Below are positions 57,666 to 64,000 of a stretch of 64,000 nucleotides of DNA, one piece after another (position 1 is the first letter of the stretch; each line of letters starts with the position of its first letter). Position numbers and translations under genes: made by a program. The DNA is from an uncultured bacterium (GTDB lineage Bacteria > Pseudomonadota > Alphaproteobacteria > UBA8366 > JADFVY01): the NCBI GenBank assembly GCA_965603635.1, contig CBFDDT010000002.1:6154-70153 (forward strand), written 5' to 3'. Under the pieces are notes generated by a model. It did no database searches, was not told the DNA's origin, and saw only the letters and a program-made list of their open reading frames with translations.

Positions 57666-58880
57666 TCAGGCGGCTCGCTTCAGCGAAAGATCCTGCCACA
57701 CATCGATCAGCGCATCGACCAGCCGATCCATCATCGCATCATCGTGCAGCGGGCAGGGAGTAAGCCGCAGCCGTTCGGTTCCCATCGGCACGGTCGGATA
57801 GTTGATCGGCTGGACATAGATGTGGTGACGCTCCAGCAGAAGGTCGCTGGCCCGCTTGCACAGCGTCGCATCGCCCACCAGCACCGGCACGATATGACAC
57901 ACCGACGGCATCACCGGCAGGCCGGCCTCCTTCAATCTGTTCTTCAACGTTTCCGAGCGTTCCTGATGCCGGTCGCGCAGCGCCTGGGTGTTGCGCACAT
58001 GGCGCACGCTGGCGCACGCGCCGGCCGCCACCGCCGGCGGCAGCGAGGTCGTGAAAATAAAACCGTTACCGAAGGAGCGCACAAAATCGACCAGATCGGC
58101 CGAGGCCGCAATATAGCCGCCGATCACCCCGAACGCCTTGCCCAGCGTGCCCTGGATGATGTCGATGCGATCCATCACGCCATCGCGTTCGGCGACGCCG
58201 GCGCCGTTCGGGCCGTACATGCCAACCGCGTGTACCTCGTCGAGGAAGGTGATTGCGTTGTGTTTTTCGGCGACGTCGCAAATCTCGGCGATCGGCGCGA
58301 TATCGCCATCCATCGAGTAGACCGACTCAAAGATCACGATCTTCGGCACGTTCGGGTCGTCGGCCGCCATCAGCCGGTCCAGGTCCGCCGGATCGTTATG
58401 CTTGAAAATGCGTTTTTCGGCCCGTGAATGACGGATGCCCTCGATCATCGAATTATGGTTTAGCGAATCCGAATAGAGGATACAGCCCGGTAACTGCGCG
58501 CCCAGCGTGGACAGGGTCGTCATATTGGCGACATAGCCCGAGGTAAACAGCAGCGCCGCTTCCTTGCCGTGCAGACTGGCCAGTTCATGTTCCAGGAGAA
58601 CATGGTAATGGTTGGTGCCGGAGATATTGCGCGTGCCGCCGGCCCCGGCGCCGCACTTGTCGATCGCCTCAACCATGGCGTCGCGCACCAATTCGCTCTG
58701 CCCCATGCCCAGATAATCGTTTGAACACCAGACCGTTACGTCGGACTGCCCGCCGTCTTCATGGCGCAGCGCATTCGGGAACTCGCCGGCCTTGCGCTCA
58801 AGATCGGCAAAAACCCGGTACCGGCCCTCATTTCTGAGTGCCTGCAGTCTGTCCTGGAACAAACGCTCATAGTTAATCAT
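57666..58880 (-). CDS. hemA: 5-aminolevulinate synthase
   Basis: Start ATG at 58880 (MINYERLF) with a GAGAGGAA Shine-Dalgarno sequence. It is nearly colinear with what I recall of Rhodobacter ALAS: [38 protein letters not shown] (PLP Lys), [14 protein letters not shown]. Confidence 0.95.
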   Translation of the reverse strand: MINYERLFQDRLQALRNEGRYRVFADLERKAGEFPNALRHEDGGQSDVTVWCSNDYLGMGQSELVRDAMVEAIDKCGAGAGGTRNISGTNHYHVLLEHELASLHGKEAALLFTSGYVANMTTLSTLGAQLPGCILYSDSLNHNSMIEGIRHSRAEKRIFKHNDPADLDRLMAADDPNVPKIVIFESVYSMDGDIAPIAEICDVAEKHNAITFLDEVHAVGMYGPNGAGVAERDGVMDRIDIIQGTLGKAFGVIGGYIAASADLVDFVRSFGNGFIFTTSLPPAVAAGACASVRHVRNTQALRDRHQERSETLKNRLKEAGLPVMPSVCHIVPVLVGDATLCKRASDLLLERHHIYVQPINYPTVPMGTERLRLTPCPLHDDAMMDRLVDALIDVWQDLSLKRAA

Positions 58881-58948
58881 CGCAGATTCCTCTCTCGGTC
58901 CCCCGCTCACGGCTTGAAATACCATAACCCCGCCCCGATGCACGTGAC

Positions 58949-58962
58949 TTGACGTACATCAA
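58949..58962. promoter_or_regulatory. FNR/FixK-type anaerobox upstream of hemA
   Basis: TTGAC-GTAC-ATCAA matches the TTGAT-N4-ATCAA consensus at 9/10 positions. It is centred about 75 bp upstream of the hemA ATG. Confidence 0.45.
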
Positions 58963-59002
58963 AGGCGGGACCATTTGTCGCAACCCGCGGCAACCGGAGT
59001 CT

Positions 59003-60382
59003 TCAGAGATTGGCGGCCATCGCCGCGGTATCGTCCAGTGCCTTGCCGAATCGAACCATGATCTCGGCGATCTCGTCTTCCTTGACGATCAAGGGCGGGC
59101 AGAGAGCCACGGTGTCGTTCGCCATGGCCCGGCAGAGCAGGCCATGTTCCTGCGCGCGCGCCATGAAGAACGGGCCGACGCCGTCGGTCGGCGCGAAATT
59201 CTCGCGCGTTTCCTTGTTTTTTACCAGTTCGATCGCGCCGATCAGACCGGTGCCGCGAACCTCGCCCACCAGCGGGTGATCGGCAAAACTGTTCAATCCA
59301 GCCTGGAAGCCGGGCGCCACCGAACGAACATGCCCGAGGATATCCCGCTCCTCATAGATCTTCAGGGTCTCCAGCGCCACGGCGGCGGCCACCGGATGGC
59401 CGCTGTAGGTATAGCCGTGACCGAAAATGCCGATCTTGGCCGAATTGTCGCGGATCGCCGAATAGACCTTATCATCCATCATCACCGCCGAAATCGGCAT
59501 ATAGGAGGAGGACAGCGCCTTGGCCATGGTCATCATGTTGGGCTTGATATTGAAGGTCTGCGAGCCGAAAACGTTGCCCGTGCGGTGGAAGCCGCAAATC
59601 ACCTCGTCGGCGATCAGCAGGACGTCGTACTTGTCCAGAACCGCCTGGATCTTTTCCCAGTAGGTCGCGGGCGGCACGATCACGCCGCCGGCGCCCATGA
59701 TGGGCTCGCCGATGAAGGCCGCGACCGTGTCCGGCCCCTCGTCGAGGATCATTTTCTCCAGGCTCGCCGCCATGCGGGTCGCAAAATCCTCCTCGCTCTC
59801 ACCTTCCGCGCCTTCATGGTAGTAATGCGGGCAGTCGGCATGGAGGATGTTCTTGATCGGCAGATCGAAATCCCGGTGATTCGCGGGCAGTCCGGTCATG
59901 CTGGCCGACGCGACGGTGACACCGTGATAGGCCTTCATGCGGCTGATGATCTTTTTCTTGTCGGGCCGGCCCAGGGCATTGTTGTAATACCAGACGATCT
60001 TGACCACCGTGTCGGTCGCTTCCGACCCGGAATTGGCGAAGAAAACATGCGACATTGGCACCGGCGCCAGTTCCTTCAGCCGCTCGGACAGTTCGATCAG
60101 CGGCATATGGCTCTTCGATGCGAAGGCATGATAATAGGGTAGTTCGCGCATTTGGCGCGCCGCCGCCTCGACCAGCCGTTCCTCGCCGAAGCCAAGCGAC
60201 GTCGACCACAGGCCAGCCAGCCCCTCTATATAGCCCTTGCCGGCATTGTCGTAGACCCATACGCCTTCGCCGCGCGTAATGATAACCGGCCCTGTTTCCT
60301 CATGCTTGACGAGGTTTGTATAGGGATGCAGTACGCTGGCGATATCCCGGCTTTCCGGGGAGTTTCCGGCTGAAATGGCCAT
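59003..60382 (-). CDS. Class-III (omega) aminotransferase, SpuC/beta-alanine-pyruvate type
   Basis: 459 aa with FFANSGSEATD, LIADEVICGFHRTG and the PLP-Lys context MMTMAKALSSSY. Confidence 0.9.
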   Translation of the reverse strand: MAISAGNSPESRDIASVLHPYTNLVKHEETGPVIITRGEGVWVYDNAGKGYIEGLAGLWSTSLGFGEERLVEAAARQMRELPYYHAFASKSHMPLIELSERLKELAPVPMSHVFFANSGSEATDTVVKIVWYYNNALGRPDKKKIISRMKAYHGVTVASASMTGLPANHRDFDLPIKNILHADCPHYYHEGAEGESEEDFATRMAASLEKMILDEGPDTVAAFIGEPIMGAGGVIVPPATYWEKIQAVLDKYDVLLIADEVICGFHRTGNVFGSQTFNIKPNMMTMAKALSSSYMPISAVMMDDKVYSAIRDNSAKIGIFGHGYTYSGHPVAAAVALETLKIYEERDILGHVRSVAPGFQAGLNSFADHPLVGEVRGTGLIGAIELVKNKETRENFAPTDGVGPFFMARAQEHGLLCRAMANDTVALCPPLIVKEDEIAEIMVRFGKALDDTAAMAANL

Positions 60383-60508
60383 GTTTAATTTCCTTGTTTT
60401 GGGCTCGAATTACCGGAATGTCCCGGTGCTGCCGCAAAATTACACGGGCTCGCGGGGAAGTCAAAGAGAACTGCGCAACGCATTGACATGGCGAAAGCGC
60501 TAAGCCTA

Positions 60509-60566
60509 GAGCAATATCCGATCGGATCGAACCGGTCCGGTTCAATCCGATCGGATAAAATTGCTC
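60509..60566. repeat. 58-nt near-perfect palindrome (hairpin element copy 1)
   Basis: My manual pairing of 60509-60535 with 60537-60566 gives about 27 bp, with one mismatch and one 3-nt bulge. Each arm contains the 12-bp palindrome ATCCGATCGGAT (60516-60527 and 60545-60556). Confidence 0.75.
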
Positions 60567-60580
60567 GGCATTTTAGAAGA

Positions 60581-60641
60581 TAGAGCATCATCCGATCTAT
60601 TGGATCGCATAAGCGATTCCAATCGATCGGATGATGCTCTA
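60581..60641. repeat. 61-nt near-perfect palindrome (hairpin element copy 2), related to copy 1
   Basis: TAGAGCATCATCCGATC (60581-60597) is the exact reverse complement of 60625-60641. The stem continues to an ATAA loop at 60609-60612, giving about 27 bp with one mismatch and one bulge. It shares the core TAGAGCA..ATCCGATC with copy 1. Confidence 0.75.
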
Positions 60642-60683
60642 GCCTGTAGTGATTGACGACAGAAGCCATGGGAGCATCCACGC

Positions 60684-62276
60684 GTGAAGATTCTGCGTTT
60701 TCTTTTGGCGGCTTTGTTTCTGGTGGCGTTCGCCGGCGAGGCCACCGCACAAGTGAAAACGCTCGTATTCTGCTCAGACGAAAGTCCGGACACTCTCAAT
60801 CCACAGCTCTCTTTCAGACAGGCGACATTCGACGCTTCCTCGCGCCAGATCTTTGACCGGTTGGTTGCCTACGAACCGGATAACACTGAAATCGTTCCCT
60901 CGCTTGCCACTTCCTGGCAAGTTTCAGACGACGGGCTTCGATACGAATTCCAGTTGCGACCGAACGTGCAGTTTCACAAGACGCGCCAATTTACCCCGTC
61001 GCGCGCTCTCGCCGCCGAGGATGTCGTGTTCAGCTTTATGCGGCAACAGGACCTAGAGCATCCTTATCACCCGGTATCCGGCGGCGTTTACCCCTATTTT
61101 CAGGGTCTGGGACTGCCGAAAATCATAAAATCGGTGACCGCCGGGGATGGCGGGACCGTCATATTCGAACTCGAAACCCCTTATCCGGCCCTTCTGTCGA
61201 TACTCACGCTGGATTTCGCCTCGATCCTGTCGGCGGAATATGCCGACGCGATGCTGGCGGCGGAAACGCCGGAACGCCTGGATATGGAACCGGTGGGAAC
61301 GGGACCGTTTCAGTTGGTCCAGTATCAGCGGGACGCGTTGATCCGCTATGTGGCGTCCCAGGATTATTGGCGCGGCAAGACACCGCTGGACAATCTGGTG
61401 TTCACCATCACCCCGGACGCTACCGTGCGTTATCAGAAACTGCGCGACCGCGAATGCCATCTCATCGCCGACCCGGACCCAGCCGATATTCCGGCCATGA
61501 CCCTGGATGGCGATGTCAAACTGGTGAGCCAGGTGGGGATGGATGTCGGTTATCTGGCCTTCAACACTCGCAGCCCGCCCCTGAATGATCCGCGCGTGCG
61601 CCGGGCGCTGGCAATGGCGATCGACCGGGAAGCTATATTGGAAAAAGTATACCAGGGCATCGGTCGCCCGGCGGCGACCATGGCGCCGCGGGGCCTATGG
61701 TCTCGCGGAAAGCCGCCGCCACCAACGCCCGCGGACCCTGAGGGCGCAAAGCGTTTGCTAGAGGAAGCCGGCGTTTCCGGCCTGGAGATTGAAATATGGC
61801 CGAGCCCCGTCGCCAGGCCCTATATGCCGGACGCCCGGCGCACCGCGGAAATGATCCACGAAGACTGGCTGAAAATCGGCGTGGAGTCGAAAATTATCAT
61901 CGTCACGGGCCGCGACTTCATCAAGCAGACCATGGTCGGGCAGCACGATGTCGCGCTATTCGGCTGGGTTGCGGAAACCCTGGACCGGAGCCTCTTCCTT
62001 GCCCCGATCCTGGGCTGCGAGGCCGCGGATTCGGGCGCCAACAGGTCATATTGGTGCAACGAGAATTTCGATCGTCTGCTGAACGAGGCCGCCCGCGCGA
62101 AAACCCCGGACGAACGCGAGACCCTGTACGAACTGGCGCAGGCAATTCTCGACGAGGAGGTTCCCATCCTCCCCATGGCTCATTCGATTAGCTTCACCCC
62201 GATGCGAAACGAAGTCATAAATTACCGCACATTTCCGCTTGGTGGACACTATTTCTATGGCGTCGACTTGAAATAG
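60684..62276 (+). CDS. Family-5 ABC substrate-binding protein, divergent DppA paralogue
   Basis: GTG start and a signal peptide (MKILRFLLAALFLVAFAGEATA). KTLVFCSDESPDTLNPQ and EPVGTGPFQLVQYQRDALIRY parallel the DppA blocks. Confidence 0.85.
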   Translation: MKILRFLLAALFLVAFAGEATAQVKTLVFCSDESPDTLNPQLSFRQATFDASSRQIFDRLVAYEPDNTEIVPSLATSWQVSDDGLRYEFQLRPNVQFHKTRQFTPSRALAAEDVVFSFMRQQDLEHPYHPVSGGVYPYFQGLGLPKIIKSVTAGDGGTVIFELETPYPALLSILTLDFASILSAEYADAMLAAETPERLDMEPVGTGPFQLVQYQRDALIRYVASQDYWRGKTPLDNLVFTITPDATVRYQKLRDRECHLIADPDPADIPAMTLDGDVKLVSQVGMDVGYLAFNTRSPPLNDPRVRRALAMAIDREAILEKVYQGIGRPAATMAPRGLWSRGKPPPPTPADPEGAKRLLEEAGVSGLEIEIWPSPVARPYMPDARRTAEMIHEDWLKIGVESKIIIVTGRDFIKQTMVGQHDVALFGWVAETLDRSLFLAPILGCEAADSGANRSYWCNENFDRLLNEAARAKTPDERETLYELAQAILDEEVPILPMAHSISFTPMRNEVINYRTFPLGGHYFYGVDLK

Positions 62277-62414
62277 GGCGGCGGCCGGGCCCGGAAAATA
62301 CGGTGTGCAAGATAGATTGACAGCATACCGAAAAGAGGCTTAGCATTTTACGAAATTGCCAATGAATGGCCTGCCAAAGGTTACACAGCTATCGTACCTT
62401 AAGGCAGGCAAAAG

Positions 62415-62434
62415 GTTGTCCCGATCGGGACAAC
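62415..62434. repeat. Perfect 20-bp palindrome 25 nt upstream of the second dppA start
   Basis: GTTGTCCCGATCGGGACAAC is its own reverse complement. It is preceded by a second hairpin at 62369-62409 (GCCTGCC..AAGGT / ACCTT..GGCAGGC). Confidence 0.7.
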
Positions 62435-62459
62435 TGGAACATGACAGGGAGAACATATC

Positions 62460-64000
62460 GTGGGTAAAAGCACTCGATCAAACTGGTTCTGGCTCGCCGC
62501 GGGAGTCGTGGTTTTAATAGTCGTTGTAGTGTTGGCGCGTTCTTATTGGGAGCCACGCTTCTTTCCCCCCACCGTCACGGAAAAAGAAACAACACTGGTC
62601 TATTGCTCGGAGGGTAGCCCGGAGGGCTTTAATCCCTCGCTTTATACCTCCGGCACAACATTCGACGCATCTTCGCGCACGCTATTCAACAAACTGGTCG
62701 AATTCGAGCGCGGCAGCACCAAGATCGTTGCCGGCCTTGCAGAATCATGGAAAGCGTCAAGCGACGGGCTGAGCTATACCTTCAAACTGCGTAAGGGCGT
62801 GAAATTCCACACGACGAAAAACTTCACGCCGTCGCGCGATTTCAATGCCGACGACGTGCTGCACAGCTTCAACCGCCAAGGTGACGAAAGCCATCCCTAT
62901 TACAAGGTTTCGGGCGGCACTTACGAATATTATCAGGGCATGAGCATGCCCGCGCTGATCAAGGAAATCGTCAAAATCGACGACTACACGGTCAAATTCG
63001 TCCTGAATGAGCCGGAAGCACCCTTCATCGCCAATATGGCGATGGATTTCGCGTCCATCATGTCGGCCGAACATGCCGATAAGATGATGGCGGCGGGCAC
63101 GCCCGAAAAAGCCGACCTGGAACCGGTCGGTACCGGACCCTTCCAGTTGGTCCAGTATCAGAAGGACGCGGTTATCCGCTTCAAGGCCCATCCGGACTAC
63201 TGGGCCGGCAAGGCGGCGGTCGATACGCTGATCTTTGCGATCACGCCGGATGCGAGCGTGCGTTATCAGAAGCTGAAGGCCGGCGAGTGCCACGTCATGC
63301 CTTATCCGAACCCGGCCGATATTGACGCGATAAAGGCCAATGCCGATATCAATGTGCTTGAACAGGAAGGCCTGAATGTCGGTTATCTGGCCTTCAACGT
63401 CGAGAAAAAGCCCTTTGACGACAAGCGGGTTCGTCAGGCGCTGAACATGGCGATCAACAAGCAGTCGATCATCGACGCGGTCTTCCAGGGCGCCGGCAAG
63501 GCGGCCAAGAATCCGATCCCGCCGACCATCTGGTCCTATAACGAATCCACAAAGGATTATCCCTATGACCCCGCCAAGGCAAAGGCGCTGTTGGCGGAGG
63601 CCGGGGCCGCGGGGCTGAAGACCAATATCTGGGCCATGCCCGTGCAGCGCCCCTACAACCCGAACGCCAAACGCATGGCCGAGATTATCCAGGCCGACTG
63701 GGCCAAGATCGGCGTCGAGGCGGAAATCGTGACCTTTGAATGGGGCGAGTATCTGAAACGCTCCAAGAACGGCGAGCACGATACGGTTTTGCTGGGCTGG
63801 ACCGGCGATAATGGCGACCCGGATAACTTCCTCTATGTGCTGCTGGGCTGTGATGCCGCCAAGGACGGAACCAACCGTGCGCGCTGGTGTCACGAGCCGT
63901 TCAACGACCTTTTGATCAAGGCCAAGCGAACCAGTGATATCGGCGAGCGGACCGCGCTCTATGAAAAAGCTCAGCTGGTCTTCAAGGAAGAAGCCCCATG
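62460..64000 (+). CDS. dppA: Dipeptide-binding protein DppA; 3' end runs off the window and it is absent from the ORF track
   Basis: I translated from the GTG at 62460 (a GGGAGA Shine-Dalgarno sequence lies 8 nt upstream). The frame stays open to base 64000. Long runs match what I recall of E. coli DppA: LVYCSEGSPEGFNPSLYTSGTTFDASS, KVSGGTYEYYQGM, MDFASIMS, GTPEK.DLEPVGTGPFQL, ITPDASVRYQKL, MPYPNPADI, WAMPVQRPYNPNAKRMAE, IQADWAKIGV, EWGEYLKRSK.GEHDTVLLGWTGDNGDPDNF. Confidence 0.9.
   Translation, partial: MGKSTRSNWFWLAAGVVVLIVVVVLARSYWEPRFFPPTVTEKETTLVYCSEGSPEGFNPSLYTSGTTFDASSRTLFNKLVEFERGSTKIVAGLAESWKASSDGLSYTFKLRKGVKFHTTKNFTPSRDFNADDVLHSFNRQGDESHPYYKVSGGTYEYYQGMSMPALIKEIVKIDDYTVKFVLNEPEAPFIANMAMDFASIMSAEHADKMMAAGTPEKADLEPVGTGPFQLVQYQKDAVIRFKAHPDYWAGKAAVDTLIFAITPDASVRYQKLKAGECHVMPYPNPADIDAIKANADINVLEQEGLNVGYLAFNVEKKPFDDKRVRQALNMAINKQSIIDAVFQGAGKAAKNPIPPTIWSYNESTKDYPYDPAKAKALLAEAGAAGLKTNIWAMPVQRPYNPNAKRMAEIIQADWAKIGVEAEIVTFEWGEYLKRSKNGEHDTVLLGWTGDNGDPDNFLYVLLGCDAAKDGTNRARWCHEPFNDLLIKAKRTSDIGERTALYEKAQLVFKEEAP

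Noticed and set aside
62757-63893. 378-aa minus-strand ORF, the only track entry for this region
   Set aside because: The opposite strand encodes a near-canonical DppA that is open to the window end. The minus-strand product has no recognisable features.
1-64000. Search for mobile-genetic or defence hallmarks: transposase, integrase, CRISPR repeats, restriction-modification, toxin-antitoxin pairs, phage genes, rRNA and tRNA
   Set aside because: I found none on either strand. The only repeat structures are the inverted-repeat or palindromic elements reported above. The window reads as core chromosome, not an accessory island.

Overview
GC-rich chromosomal segment with strong GC3 bias, so nearly every real gene carries long antisense shadow ORFs. 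It looks alphaproteobacterial (ALA synthase hemA, TTT transporters, xseB-ispA-dxs), but that assignment is an inference. I support about 62 protein-coding genes. I found no rRNA, tRNA, CRISPR array, transposase, integrase or phage genes. Gene order: (1) a family-5 ABC substrate-binding protein plus two permeases with no ATPase gene in view. (2) An Na+-NQR-like operon that lacks nqrA and has a much shortened NqrB homologue, but keeps nqrC/D/E/F, apbE, a 51-codon nqrM that is absent from the ORF track, and a terminal CBS-pair gene. This is my top candidate for something undescribed. (3) LysR, GFA and DUF1059 genes. (4) A GT2 / PIG-L deacetylase / four-rhodanese operon. (5) A GntR-controlled divergent acyl-CoA island. 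One arm has a CaiB/CaiD/CaiE-like gene order; the other has TctCBA, a PaaI thioesterase, an enolase-superfamily enzyme and a MatB-like ligase. (6) An RND efflux pair whose two genes are split by a 193-bp element with 32-bp inverted repeats, followed by a BigR/SqrR-like ArsR regulator. (7) Housekeeping genes: HDAC-like, xseB-ispA-dxs, a Liv-type ABC system, sppA, aroC, fabI, yihY, cbpA, pdxH, CDF, USP and SDR. (8) A polyamine-type ABC operon, hemA and a class-III aminotransferase. (9) Two tandem dppA paralogues. The second runs off the window and is missing from the ORF track. Several intergenic regions hold strong palindromic or inverted-repeat structures that the genes do not explain: 27784-27976, 46633-46790, 60509-60641 and 62369-62434.
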